Origin: Emiliania huxleyi CCMP1516
Lineage: Eukaryota
Reading direction: 5' to 3'
Assembly (NCBI RefSeq): GCF_000372725.1
Contig: NW_005202428.1
Span: forward strand, 2,655,791-2,719,790
Length of the DNA stretch: 64,000 nt
A program made the translations under genes and the position numbers. Shown here one piece after another: positions 22,882 to 35,385 of this stretch. Every line of letters starts with the position of its first letter. Positions within the stretch are counted from its first letter, which is position 1. Below the pieces are notes generated by a model. The model did not search any database. It worked only from the letters and a program-made list of their open reading frames with translations, and had not been told where the DNA came from.

Positions 22882-24798
22882 CTATGACGCGGCGGCGCCC
22901 GCGGCGCCTCCCAGCAAATGGTGCCACTTCATCATGAGCTGCTTGACGCGCCCGGCGCTCTGCATCGGGTTCTCGCGCCGCGCGTCGAGCAGCAGGTGCT
23001 GCAGGTCGTCCGCGATCGCCTGCTCACGCTCGCGGTGTGAGGAGACGCTGCCGGCCAGGCGTCGGCCCTCGGCCGCCTCTCTCCTCGTCGTCGGAAGGGA
23101 CTCCGCCAAAGTGGTCGAGCGACGCCTCCGGCACCGCCTCGGTGGTGAAGAAGCACGGCACGGCGAAGCGGGTGCCCGACTCGAGCCGCTCCACCTGGTG
23201 CATGTTCTCCCACCCGCTCGAAAAGATGACCGCGGAGCCTGATCACACCCGCCGCCGCCGTGAAGAGAGCGCGGCCCCGGCACGAGCGGTTCACCAGAGG
23301 GGGGAGGGAGGGGGCCTCGCACGGGCGCGTAGGGCGTGAGCACGCGCGGCCCGTCCCCGCCGTCGGCAGGCGGGTCGTTCCACACGAACGAGCCTGGGGG
23401 GCCGGAGGCGGGAAGTGTGAGAGGCTGCCGGAGGGGCGCCCCGCCCGGCCGGCCCCGCTCCTCCGGTGAAGTCGTGCCCCTGGGTGGAGAGGTAGAGGAC
23501 GCACGAGTAGTGGTAGACGGCGTGCGTCGCCTCGTCCGTGTGCAGGATCACCTGTCCACATCGCGTTGCACGCTACAGCGCATGTCGCACCATCTCGCCT
23601 CGTCCGTGAGCAAATGTCACAGAGTCGCCCGCCGAGCCTCCCCCTCCCGTCTGCTTGAGGCCCGCCTCGTACTTTCGCGCGTACGCCTGCAGCAAGGGCC
23701 CGGGAAAGGGTCCAGGCCGGCGCGGGCCCGCTCGTGCGCGCGCGGCGCGCCTGCACGGGCAGCACGCGCGAGAGGGGGAGGCCGTACTCGTGCGAGATGG
23801 AGCGCCGAATCCGCTCGACGAGCCGGACGAAGTTGAGGATCGTCGCGGTCGAGCACTTGCCGCAGCCGTTGAAGTTGAACCCCTCGAGGTCTGGGAAGAC
23901 CTGGAGGTCCGTCTCTGCGGCGGTGGCGAAGGCGGGGAAGGTGACGCGCGAGCAAGCCTCGCAGCAGGCGCCCTCCTCGCAGCGGCGGCCCTCCTTGAGC
24001 GGCAGGTTGGCGTGCTCCGCCTGGTCGAAGACGTACTTCATGCCGGCGGCGACGGCGTCGACGCCCCCCTCCTCGGCGGGCTGCAGGCAAGTCAGGTTGC
24101 GCGCCAGCTTGTCTCGCGCGAGCAGTTGCCGCATGTCTGCGTCGAAGATCTCGCGTAGCAGCCGAGGCACCTGAGGGCGAGGCGGCGGCGGCGCGTGCAG
24201 AAGGACGGGCGCGTCGCGCCTCGCCTCCCTCTCGGTCCCCCTCTCGCCGCACCTCGGTCGGCAGCGCCTCGTCCTCAGGCATCGAATCGACCACCTTGAC
24301 CGCCGCCCAGAAGGCAGCCTCCGCCGTGTCTGCGTCCATGTCCGCACCGGCGCCGCGCAGCGCTGCGATCATCGTCGCGTCGGCCTGCTGCGCCGCCAGC
24401 CGAATCGGCCGCAGTCCCGAGTTGGACGCCGCCTCCGCCTCCGCGCCTCTGGCGAGCAGCAGCTCGGCGATCTCGAGGTGGCCCGCCCGTGCGGCTGCGT
24501 GCAGCGGCGTCATGCCGTCGCTGTTCCTCGCATTCACCGCGGCACCGCCGTCGAGCAGCACCTCCGCCACGCCGTCGTGCCCGTGCAGCGCGGCGAGGTG
24601 CAGCGCGGTCGACTCCTTTGCGTTTCGCTCCTCGGGTGGCAGGCCCGAGAGGAGGAGGAGGCTGACAGCGCTCGCGTCACCTGCCTGCGCCGCGTCGTGC
24701 AGCGCATAGGCCGGCTTCGAGGCCGGCGGCGCTCCCGGCAGCGTGAGCGGGTGCACGGTCGCGAGGCTGGAGCAGAGGAGGGCGAGCCTCAGGCGCAT
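22882..24798 (-). CDS. Signal-peptide ankyrin-repeat protein with a C-terminal 2OG-Fe(II) oxygenase (prolyl 4-hydroxylase-like) domain, multi-exon
   Basis: N-terminus MRLRLALLCSSLA; ankyrin motifs TALHLAALHGH and GMTPLHAAARAGH; oxygenase motifs ILHTD (HxD), YSCVLYLS..DFTGGSF and FSSGWENMHQVERLESGTRFAV (distal H and R). Confidence 0.8.
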
Positions 24799-24920
24799 TC
24801 GCTTGGGCGAGAATGGAGACAAGCGAGCGAAAGGCGAAAGCGAGGGCGAGCGATGGCGAAAAGGCGAGGGCGAAGATCTCGGGACAGAAGAAATCGCTCA
24901 GGATATTTCTCGAGGTGGAT

Positions 24921-25100
24921 ATCCTATACGAGAGAGGAATCCCTGGGACCCTGTCGTGTGGGTGAACCCTGCCCAGCCCCCCTCCGTGTCGCGATGCGCT
25001 TCCCACTCCCGTTCCCCTGTGTCCCTGATCGTCCTTACATACAAGATCCTGCTCGTGCAGGTGGGGACCCTGTCCTTCTCCCACCCCTCGTTTGGCGTGC
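24921..25100 (+). repeat. SINE/LINE-3'-end-like dispersed repeat; second copy 26462-26650, shorter copies ~19240-19340, ~44320-44390 and 45098-45120 (inverted)
   Basis: Shared CCTGCTCGTGCAGG hairpin, then TGGGGACCCTGTCC..CCCATCCCTCGTTTGG, then a T-rich tail. Confidence 0.75.
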
Positions 25101-25498
25101 CCGTTTTATTTATTTATTTATCCTTTGGCCGCGTTGGGTAGCGAGGATTGGTGTGACGCGATCCACGCAGGCGTGTTTTCTGGCGGCCGACCGTCAGTGC
25201 ACGGAGTTGCCCCTTCTCCGACTGCCCCGGCTAGTTCTCGAGGTCGTCGGGTGTGACCCCTGCGTCCCCCGAGCCGCGAGCGAGACCTAGCGCGGGTGGG
25301 TTGGAGGGGGCTCGCTGCAAGGAAGGGCGGTGTAAGAAGCCGATCCCCGTAGTCCGCCCCATTCCTCCCCATCGGGCCGCATGTGGCATGAGCGGCCGCG
25401 CCTCGCAGATTCGTTTCTCGCGCCTGTGGGTCAGGCGCGCGGGGCATCCCCCGGGTCGCTCGACCAGCGATCCGAAGAGTGGCCGCTATGCGAAGGAA

Positions 25499-26410
25499 AG
25501 GGAGGGTGTAGAGGATGTAGAGTGTAGAGCGCTGTAGAGCTGTAGAGATGTAGAGTGCTCTGGAGCGCTGTAGAGCTGTAGAGCTCTACATCCGCCGCGT
25601 GACGATGCGGGTGCGTTGTAGAGCGATGTAGAGCGCGATTTTGCTGTAGAGTTGGTTGTAGAGGCTCTACAGCCAAACCGCCGGGAAGGCAGTGACTCAA
25701 AAAGAGGTCGAGCCGCGCTAATGGGGTGTCTCCGAGCTTAGTGGAGCTCTGATGGACGGCCCTGACTCGTATCCCTGACACACAGAGAGTCACTCTGACG
25801 GCACACAACACCCTATAACTGCGTCATGACCAGCCTGCCATGCGTCGCCGGTGCCGCATTCATCGCTGTGCTTCTTTAGCAGGCGGTGGACTGTCGGCTG
25901 CGAGGACGGTCGCATTTGCGCGAGGCGAGGCGAGCATTCAGACGCGTTGTATGCGCCATGACTCGCGCTAGCGCGTGCGGGAGCTCCTGGCTGAGCGTTG
26001 AGTCCAGGCGAGTTGCGCTGGCCACGATCGCTACGCCGAGCCGAGCTGACGCGCCGAGGCGCCGGCCAGTCGCAGCCGTGAGGCATGCCACAGCAGCAGA
26101 GGCACCTCCCACCCATTGGGCGGGCAGACAGAAGGCCAGGGCAGCACTGGCAAGTGCAACGCGCCTCATGTCGGAGAGCGACCGTGCCTCTTTCGCCGCT
26201 TATGATGATTGATGTACGTACGTACTTATAGCTTACTGGGAGATGTAGAGTTTGTTGTAGAGATTTCACGTTGTAGAGCGCCTCTATATCGCTCTACACC
26301 TCGTCACGCGGCGGATGTAGAGCTCTACAGCTCTACAGCGCTCCAGAGCGCTCTACATCTCTACAGCTCTACAGCGCTCTACACTCTACATCCTCTACAC
26401 CCTCCCTCAG
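25499..26410. mobile_element. Non-autonomous foldback/MITE-like element with long TGTAGAG-repeat TIRs (copy 1)
   Basis: AGGGAGGGTGTAGAGGATGTAGAG... and ...CTCTACATCCTCTACACCCTCCCT are inverted. The interior is nearly identical to 35721-36614. Confidence 0.9.
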
Positions 26411-26740
26411 GGTCCCGCCGGGCGTAGCCAGCCTGCCCCCGTGCCGCCGGGTGCAACTTTGTCCTATACGACAAGGGAATCCCTGGGACCCTGTCGTGTG
26501 GGTGAACCCTGCCCAGCCCCCCTCCGTGTGTCGCGATGCGCTCCCCACTCCCGTTCCCCTGTGTCCCTGATCGCGTCCTTCCAAAATCCTGCTCGTGCAG
26601 GTGGGGACCCTGTCCTCGTCCCATCCCTCGTTTGGCTTCTCTTCTTTCTTTAGGCTATATCAACTCGCGCTCCGGCGTCGCTCTTGAGCCGCCGCCGCGC
26701 CCGCCGCGCGCCGCCAGCCCGCCAGGGCCGAGCCTGCCGC

Positions 26741-29700
26741 TAGGGTTGCCTAACGTTAATTTGGGGCCTAACAGTTGCGCTATTCAGTATTCTGTTTCTG
26801 TTACTGTTTCTGTTGTTTCTGTTGTTCAGCGGCCAGCAAGCAGAAAATGGCAAAAAAACCGGGTAAAACCCGAAAATACCTGGGATGTTCCGGGTATTTT
26901 CGGGTATTACCCGCACTGGACACTAGACTCTAGAGATCGTCGTGGGTCACTGCCAGGCCCCTTCCTTAGTACATGTACATGTTGTTCACAGTCGGCCTAA
27001 CCGGTTAGCTACTGTTGTTGGGGAGCCCCACTGTTGAGTGTTGTTCTGTTGTTACTGTTAACACTAGCAACACTGTTCAGCTCCTAACTAGGGGGAAATA
27101 CTGAAAAATGGGACCCCCCGGACGGACCTTGCTTTCATACCGAGCGTGAAGAGCTGAGTCTCAGCTTTCAGACCCTGCAAAAATCATTGAAAAATATTAA
27201 GATGGTCCAGAATGGTGACCGAAAGACTCCGGCGCCGCAGCGCTCGCGCTTGCTTTCCTCGCAAATGCGACAAGTGAGGCCGCTGAAAGGGAAAAGAATG
27301 ATGGCGTCCAAAGAAAAACCACAGTCGAAAACCGCAAATGCTGCCGCTCCTGGTGAGCGCCAGCCCGCGCCGCGTGCAGGGCGTGTCCGGGGCGCCCTCC
27401 CCCCGAGTTCCCCCGCAAAATCCGGCCCGCGGTCGCGCGCGCGCCCCGTCCCGCTGCTTTGGAGGAGTCTGCAGCCCCCGGCGCGCCCGCACGGCGATTG
27501 CCGCCTCCACTCCAACCTCATCCACTCTCACTCTGACATTCTCTCCAGAGTCCTCGCGTCGAGCCCGTGGCGCCGGAGCGCGAGCCCCAAGCTCGGGACA
27601 CAGCGGGACATTGACGATCTGCGATGCCTGTGCGTGCAGGTGATCACGCTGAGCACGGCGCCGGCGGTGGCACCCTTCCTGGTGCTCCAGGCGCGCTGCG
27701 CCCGCGCGTTTGCGACGCCCGTGTGTGCCCCTGCGCGCGCCCCGCTCGCCGCGCCGCCGCCGGGCCCGTGGGGGTCTCAGGTTTGCGCGTGTGTGCCGCA
27801 GATGTCACGACCGAGGAGCTCCAGTAGATCCTCCATAACGTGCAGGCCGAGCTTGAGCGGCGCGCGGCGCTGCAGCGCGGGGCGCCCGAATCGAAGCGGT
27901 GCGTGCCCGCCCTCGCCGTGGCCGCGCTCGCCCCGCCTTGGCGAGCTCTTGCCGCGCGCGCGCCGCAGGAACTCGATCTTGTGCGCCTCGGGCAAGGCGT
28001 TGCCCAGCGAGGCGGAGGTGCACGCATGGGCGCTGCTCGTGCTGCTACATGGCCGCGGCGCGGACGGCTCGTGGGTCGCCGTCCCGACGCTCGTCGACCA
28101 GTGGATGAACGTCGTGCTGCTGCAGTCGAGCCGCTACGAGCAGGCGCCCGCCCTGCTCTCCCACCGCCCCCTGAGCCGCCGCCGCGGCTGCTACACCTCG
28201 GCTATATCTCGGCTGTATCTCGGCTATATCTCGGCTCTATCTCGGCCTTGCTGCCTGAGCCGTGTGTGCGTGTTGTGCGCAGTTGCGCGAGCGATGGCAG
28301 CCTCCGACCGACGATCCGCAGTGGCGTAACTTGGCTCTCGCCAAGGGCCTCGTCCCGTCCTTGCTCAGTCAAGCCGCCGCTCGGGCGGCGGAGCCGCTCG
28401 CCCACACCACGCGCACGCTGGTGCAGCTCGAGGTCATCGACCACGACGTCGGGCAGACCGCGCTCTCGAACTATCTGAAGAACTGCCTCGCCAAGTCCAA
28501 GGGCATCTCGGGCCCGTCGTACAACCCGGCCAACGGCTCCCACACGCTACACCGGCACATCGCCGCGGCGGTGCCCGTCGCCTCGCTCCTGAAGGTGCTC
28601 TCGGCGCTGCACCGCACGCGGGAGGAGCCCGAGGCGGCGCCTTCGTACACCGAGCTGCAGGCGAGCGCCGACGCGTCGGCGGCCGCCGCGCGGCGACATA
28701 GGGTGATGCGGCACGGCGGTAGATGGCCGAGGATGCAGACGGACCGTGGTATGTGTGTTGTGTATATGCTCATATCCGCGTTACCACAAAACGGAGGGGA
28801 TAGGATATATGATCCGCTTGAGCAGCAGGCACACACGACACACACGCCAAGCGCGTGAAGTTGTCGCTCGGGTTGCCTGAACTAGATGACATTCCCATAT
28901 TCATTACTAGCGGCTAGTTTGTCACATCACGTGGATCGATGACCCGGAATATGCCGCAAGACACGGCGCTTTCAAAAAAGCCAATCCGATCTTGGACGCA
29001 TCCCTCGACGCGAAGAGCCATGCAGTCACCAGAATTGCTTGGACCTCTCCTGCAAGTAGAACGAAACATTCTTGGAGCTTCCCCAGCCGCTTGTGGCCGC
29101 ATCTTATCCGTGGCGACGCGCTGTGCCACCGAGCCGTACTCGGCCGCGCCGCCGCGTCGAGGCACGGGTCCCCAACCAAGCAGCGACGCCGAAGCGTCGA
29201 CCGATAGAGCGCCACGCCCAGCAGTATGGGCGTCGACCGCTCTCTCGAGCGGCCGCGTGGCAGTGCGTGGCGCGGGCGTCACAGGCGGCAAGCGTGGAGC
29301 CGCTGGAAGAGCCGGTGCGAGCCGTGAACGGCAGCCGCTCCCCACGTCGCCGAGAGAGGCTGCGGGGGAGAGGGTTCAGGAGGCCACAGGAGGCGCCGGG
29401 AGGCTCGGGAGGCGCTAAAAAGTGGCCCGGGCGCCTCGTGCTACCCGTCTGGTGGGGCCAGGTGGGCTCAGGAATTAATCCAGGATTTTAAGGTGATCCA
29501 CTACACCTGACCGAGAATTGGATGGCGAGATCGCGGCGAGATCGACCAGTCGCGGCCCAGGTCGACGCCATGCACTGGCGGGCTGCACAGCGCGCTAGAT
29601 TACGCGGAGGACGTGCGCTTACCACCGGGTGGGATTACCAGGCTCGCCTGGGCTCGCTGAGGGTCGATCGCGGCGCGACCCGTTTTCGGCTGTTTTCCTC

Positions 29701-30225
29701 GCGAATCTGGGGTGCGCGCCGGGAGCTGCAGCGCCAGCGTTTCGCGGACCTGTGCAGCCTCCGGGCACTGGGAACTTCTCCCAGGCTCGGGCAATGCGGA
29801 CATGTGCCAGCGGGGGCGCGGAGGTGGTTTACATGCGGATGCGGCACGATCTTCGAGCCGAACCGACGATACAGGAGGCTCCAGAGGCGCCGTAATCGAC
29901 AGTTGGCCGTCACCCAACTCCTCGCCCGCCGTGACTGTGGGTGTCTCCTGATTGCCCACGCTCGTGGCGGAGCTCGGGGTACCACTTTGGGCCACGGGAC
30001 AAGCCCTGGGGAGTCACTGTAGCTCGCGCGGGGCTGAGAAGCGCCCATTCCCGCGAAAAATCGAGATTTGGCGAGATATAGGGGGCGGTTCTCATTATTT
30101 TCGGTGGCCCCAAAGCTACCCAATCACTCGCCCACCTCCCCCGAGCAGTCTAGTCCAAAAAAAACCGCGCCCCGATCAAGTTACGTTTTCAGTGTTTGCC
30201 CCTATCCTAACGTTAGGCAACCCTA
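26741..30225. mobile_element. hAT-like non-autonomous DNA transposon, ~3.5 kb
   Basis: Perfect 18-bp TIRs TAGGGTTGCCTAACGTTA (26741-26758) and TAACGTTAGGCAACCCTA (30208-30225); 8-bp flanks CCTGCCGC and CCCGCCGC (7/8 match); subterminal CTGTT repeats. Confidence 0.8.
27640..28760 (+). pseudogene. Intron-containing unknown gene (possibly inactivated) inside the hAT-like element
   Basis: Coding-like exons SEAEVHAWALLVLLHGRG...VDQWMNVVLLQ and QLRERWQPP...SNYLKNCLAKSKG are separated by an intron with TATCTCGGC repeats. An apparent in-frame TAG lies at 27825-27827 (DVTTEELQ*ILHNVQAELERR). Confidence 0.45.
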
Positions 30226-30374
30226 CCCGCCGCCACGCGGTGGCCGGTGCTGTGGCCTAGAGGCCCCTAGTGGCTGTGCGGAGGACCGGAGCGAGGTCGT
30301 CCGACGGCCGCGGAACGGGTGGGAGTGCATCATCGACCAAACCGAAAGCGACAAAACAAAAAACTCTCTCCGTC

Positions 30375-31786
30375 TTACCGCGCGGCTTGCTGCTCGAGCT
30401 CGCTCGCTCCCTCGCCGGCGCCGCCCGCCTCGACCCACCCCTCCCCAAACACGAACCGGATCTCCCTCCCCGCCGCCTCCTCCGAATCCGACCCGTGCGC
30501 CGCGTTCGCCTGCTTGTCGCGCCCCCAACGCGCTCGCACGCTCCGCGGCGCCTTTGGGCGCCGCACCCGGCCGTGCCTGTCCGTGTACCCTCTCGCCGCC
30601 GCCGGGTCGCCGGGCCCGAGCAGCTCCCTCCACGCGCCTATGGCCCCCGCCCGCTGCAGGAGGAGGGCGACCACCTCGCCGCTCGCGTAAAACGAGACCA
30701 TCTCCGAGAAGAAGCGCCTGCCAGCATCGCACTCTGACTCGTCATCAGTGTCCCGCGGAGAGGGAGGCGGCCTCCGAGCAGAGGCGCCGCGCGCGGTCGC
30801 CGGACGATGAGCCCCACGAGGCCTGCGTCGAGATCGCGGCTGATGACCCGAGCTGACCCGAGCTGACCCGAGATTACGACGAGCATGAGGCCTGCAGGAA
30901 GGCCGCCGCCTCCCCCTCCCCCATCCTCCACCTCCTCCGCCGCACGACCTCGAACCCGTGCTCCGCGATCAGAGCCTCCACCTCGCCCGCCGCCCCACTC
31001 GCGACGCAGTCCGGCTTGAGGAGGGCGAGGGTCCGCTCGGGCGAGGGAGGCGGAGCAGGAGGCGCCCACTGGCCACCCTCCCCGAGGGCCGCCCACTGCC
31101 GCGCCGCTCCTGCCACGCACAAGGAAACCCGGTGAAGCAACCCGCGCCAAGCACCTCTGCTGACGTCGTGGCGCAGTCTCGGCGGTTGGGTCTCGGCGGT
31201 TGGGTCTCGGCTGCACGCGGCCAGCACCTCTGCACTCGTCTCCGCAGACGCTGGCGTCGCGGCAGGCGCCGAGCACGGAGAGGGCGACCTTGGCGGTGCG
31301 GGCAGGCACCCGGCGGCGAGCAGCCCCGTGCGCGGGCTGGACGAGCAGCGGGCCCAACAGCTCCGACAGCGCGGCGGCGGCGCCGGCAAAATCCTCCGCC
31401 TCGAGCCGGCAGGTCGCGAGCACCTGCAGACTCGCATCGTCCTGCACGCCGGCCGCGGCAGCCTCGGCGAAGAGCGTCTCCACCGTACCCGGCGATGACG
31501 CGCACACTCGCATCGCGCGGTTGTGCGCGTTTGGGCCGAGCGCAAAGGCGGTCCCGTCCTCCCGCAGCCGGCGGAGCTCCTCGAGGGCGCAGCTGCAGCC
31601 CTCTGGGTCGCCACGGGACGACATCGCCTCGAGCTGGTCGAATCGCTTCAGGGCAGCGACCACTCGCCGCCGCTCAGACGCCGTCGAGTCTGCCTCTGGC
31701 CGCGGCGCTGAGGCGAGTGGCGGGTGGATGCGAGGAGAGCAGCAGCTGGCGAGTGTGAGCAGCCGTCGTGCGGAGGAAGCCAGCAT
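30375..31786 (-). CDS. Nucleoside diphosphate kinase-domain protein with an N-terminal helical (PPR/TPR-like) extension, multi-exon
   Basis: ERTLALLKPD, SGEVVALLL, WRELLGP, SVRARWG and NAAHGSDSEEAAGREIRFVF (catalytic His motif). Confidence 0.85.
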
Positions 31787-32046
31787 ATACAGCGTCGTGG
31801 CTCCGATTCACGGCGTATGCCAACAGGGAGGAGGAGGCTGACGCCGCAGAGGCCTGCCGGGAGAGGCGGCGCGAGCGCAGATTTTTTTTTGGTGTACGAG
31901 GTATTTGGTGTAAAACAAACGCCGCGGACATAAATAAATAAATACAACGGACATCCCAAGCTAGCGGACATGGCACATCGCTCTCGCGGAAAATTTTCTT
32001 TTTTTGGTGCGCCCCTGCCGAAAATCTTTTGCCTTTGCCTTCACAC

Positions 32047-32430
32047 ATGCGCACCAAGAGCGGCGTCGTGGCCATCCTCGCCGCCTCGGCGCGGCCGCGC
32101 GCTGCGTGGCAGCGTATGGTCTTCCCCGACTCCGCCGAGGCGGGCCAGGAGCCGCGGGTGCCTCTCTCCATCGCCGAGCTGCAGCGCCGCGTGACCGGCT
32201 TCTGGACAATCTACGACGACCTCGCCACGGAGGATGCACTGAGCGCAGTGGCGGGAGGAGAGTCGACAAAGTCGCTATTCAGCACCAACATGGTCCTGCG
32301 CGCCGACGGAGCCGTCTCCCGCGGCTCCGACTTCCCAGGCGGCGAGTGGTCGGTTGTCAGGGCAGCTAGATGTCCCGGCTCCCTCCCTCCCTCCCTCCCT
32401 CCCTCCCTCCCTCCCTCCCTCCCTCCCTCC

Positions 32431-32528
<98 letters not shown>

Positions 32529-33603
32529 GGCGGTGGGATGGCCGCGCTGTGAACGAAGCCGTCCTCGGACACGGGCGGAGGGCCAGTCACTTGCAGACGT
32601 CGCCTCCGTCGCCGCGACTCTCTCCCCGGCCTCACCACGCCACCACCGCTCCTCCGCCGGTGCAGGTGGAGGACGGCTCGCGGAGGAGGCGGCTGCGGAT
32701 GACCCTCACAAACCGGCGGGCGGGGCTGGAGCGGAGGTACGACGGGCTCCTCTTCTCGCTCGCGCTCACAGACCCCGGCACGGACGGCGGCGGCGGCGGC
32801 GGCGGGGAGGGAGGCGGCGGCGGCGGCGGCGGCGGTGCCGACGGCGGCGGCGGCGGCAAGGGCGCTGCGCCGAGCCTGCGGGTGGTTGGCAAGGTGACGG
32901 CGTGGAACTCGACGTCTCCGAACGGGGAGGGCGGCACGCTGCACGCGGAGGAGAGCTCCTTCTCGATGGCGACTCTTCGCGCGGCGGGGTGGCTGGCAGG
33001 GAGGGCGGCCTCTCTTCACACCTCGCGCGTGTGAGCAGGTGAAGCTCGAGGTGGACCGGTCGGCGCTGGTGCCCACCATCAAGCCCTTCTCGCGCGAGGC
33101 GCCGCAACCCCCTCCCGCACGCCCTCTCACCAGTCTCCGTCCACCAGCCTCGAGTTCTCGCCCCACCCCACACCCACACTCGAGTCGCTGCGTTGGTACG
33201 CGTCGCTGCTGGGTGTGCGTGTGCGTGGACGCGTGGCTGCGCTGTCGGAGTGCTGCGCTCACGGCCCCGCCGAGCGAGCAGGTGGACGAGAACGAGATGC
33301 GCAGGGAGATGGAGGCGCAGCGCAAGCTCGACAAGGCGAGCCCGCCCGAGCGAGGCCTAGCGAGGGGAGGGCCTGGGCGCGGGAGGAGCACGCGCGGGGG
33401 AGGGCCTTAGCAGGGCCTCGCACACGCAGGCGCTCCACAGAGGCACGGCTCTGCGCCCCTAGGCGGACGCCGACGAGTTGCGGCAGCTCCTCGAGGACGT
33501 GCGGGCGGCCAAGCGCGAGGGGGGGTGGGAGGGGGGCGAGGGGGAGGCGCCTCCTCGCGCGAGCCCGAGCGAGGCGGGGGTGGACGCAGACGACCGCGAG
33601 TGA
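32047..33603 (+). CDS. Hypothetical multi-exon protein, divergent from the NDK gene
   Basis: Coding-like exons (VTGFWTIYDDL...FPGGEWSV; RRRLRMTL...YDGLLFSL; KLEVDRSALVPTIKPFS; VDENEMRREME) bounded by AG/GT or AG/GC sites. Confidence 0.55.
32378..32525. repeat. Intronic (CCCT)n followed by (CT)n microsatellite
   Basis: Directly visible. Confidence 0.95.
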
Positions 33604-34017
33604 CTTTTGGAGTGTGAGTGTGAGGTAGAAGAGTAGTTGTTCACGTACATTAGGTACAGGCTCTTAAGGTCCGACAGGTTCGGCACCGGGCACCGCCTCG
33701 GCCGAGCGGCCGCCCCTCACGCAGAACTGATCATTTTCAGATCACACCGTGTGAATCACAGGCTCTATCGTACACGCTATAATAACCCTTTTTTGTGTGT
33801 GCCCTGTGACGGTTGTGTACGCTCGAGCTGTACTGTTGGCCAACAGTCGAGGGCCAACCTCGCGAGTGTGTGTGGAGGCCGAGCGTTCTCAGTCATGGAA
33901 CATGGGACCTCGTAATTCCAGCCCAGTCCCGCCAGAGGACGAGCACAAGAGGTGAACCCCGCCACCCCGGCCTCACGCCTTGTGGCAGGGAGGCCCCCAC
34001 AGCCCGCCCGTCGGTCG

Positions 34018-35385
34018 TCACTGCTGCTCGTCGGCGGCGTACTCGTCGAGCTCCTCCTCGCCGCCCACCTGTTCACGCTGCAGGTGTGAAGACACGCAGC
34101 TCGCAGGGGCCGCCCCTCCTTTCGCCGCCCGCCAAGTCTGTCGCGACAGCGTACACCAGTGCGCCGCCAAGCGCGCCGAGCACGGCGTTGCGAGACCGCT
34201 CCTTGAAGCGGCGCTGCTTGGGCGTGCGGCTGCTCTTGCCGCCGCCCGCCGCCGCCTCGGACGCCTCGCCGCCGCCGCCCTCGTCTGCCCCGAAAGCATA
34301 CGGGAAGGCGGTGGGGCGGCCGGTCAGCGGCGGAGGCCTGAGCCGCGGGTCTGTCTCCGGCGAGGGGAGGAGGGGCTCAAAGGAGCCGAAGAAGGTGGTC
34401 GAGAAGGCCTCGACGTAGCTGCAGAGGGCAGGCAGCGACTTGAGGTGCGCACGCAGGGTGTCGCGAGGCAGCGGGCAGCGCAGCACGGCGGTCAGGTACG
34501 AGAAAGCCTGTCTCACGGAGCGAAGAGGCGTGCGAGGAGCTAGTGTGCGGAGCCAGCCCGGCGGAGGAGGGAGGGGGGCGGACGAGGAGGGGACGTGGGC
34601 GAAGCGATGCGGAGGAGGAAGGCGGGGTGTCAGTGTCACCCCCAACTTCATTGGCGCCGGATGCGTCAGAAGTGACAATGAGGAGGGAGCGAGGGAGGCG
34701 CGGGGCGCCGTCGCGTCCACCGCCGATGCGCCGGAGGCGAAGAAGGAGCCGCGGCCGGTGAGGCGCGTGTTCAGCGCCTCGAGCGCCTCGCCGCCCAGCC
34801 GGTACGCCACGCCCTCACCTACTCGCCCTCGCGCTGTGAACGCGCCTTGTTCACAGCGGCCGAGCAGTGCACAGCGGCCCTCTCGCCCATCGCGCCACGC
34901 CTCGCCAGCTGCGAGAGGGCGCGCCGGCGCATCGTCCACGGCAGGTAGAGGCAGAGTGGGAGGGGCAGCCTCTGCGCGTACGCGGGCTTGAGCACCGCGG
35001 CGTAGTTGTCCTCCTCGGCCCAGCACGCGTACAGCAGCGCCAGCCCGAGCCGCTCCTCGACGAGAGCCGTCCACGCGGCGGACTCGGCGCGCTCCTCGGC
35101 GGAGAGCTTCGCGTCGGCGTCGATCCCGCCCTCGCGCAGGTGCGCGTACAGCCCGTCCGGCTCCACCGCGCGCGCGCCGTCGCGCAGCACCGGCAGCAGC
35201 AGCGGCGACCAGCCCGGCGCGGCGGCCGAGGCGTCCTCAACCTCGTAGGAGCGGCCGCAGACGCGAAGGTAGGCCTGCGCCTTTGTGCACCGCGGATCGA
35301 CCGAAGGCGCGCCCCACGCGGGCGAGTACTGCAAAAGCCGCAGCGTTGGCCCCGCTGGCAGCACTTGGGCCGTCGTGGCAGCCAT
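34018..35385 (-). CDS. Metaxin-like protein (GST-N and GST-C folds, C-terminal membrane anchor), multi-exon
   Basis: AWGAPSVDPRCTKAQAYLR, LPVLRDG, LLYACWAEEDNY, LPLPLCLYLPW, ALEALNTRL..FFASGASAVDA, AFSYL and a C-terminal hydrophobic AVLGALGGALVYAV. Confidence 0.85.

Noticed and set aside
26741..26760. TAGGGTT as a telomeric seed
   Set aside because: Not tandem; explained as the TIR of the hAT-like element.
30840..30880. CTGATGA hammerhead core
   Set aside because: No downstream GAAA or stems; it is part of an intronic 10-bp repeat.
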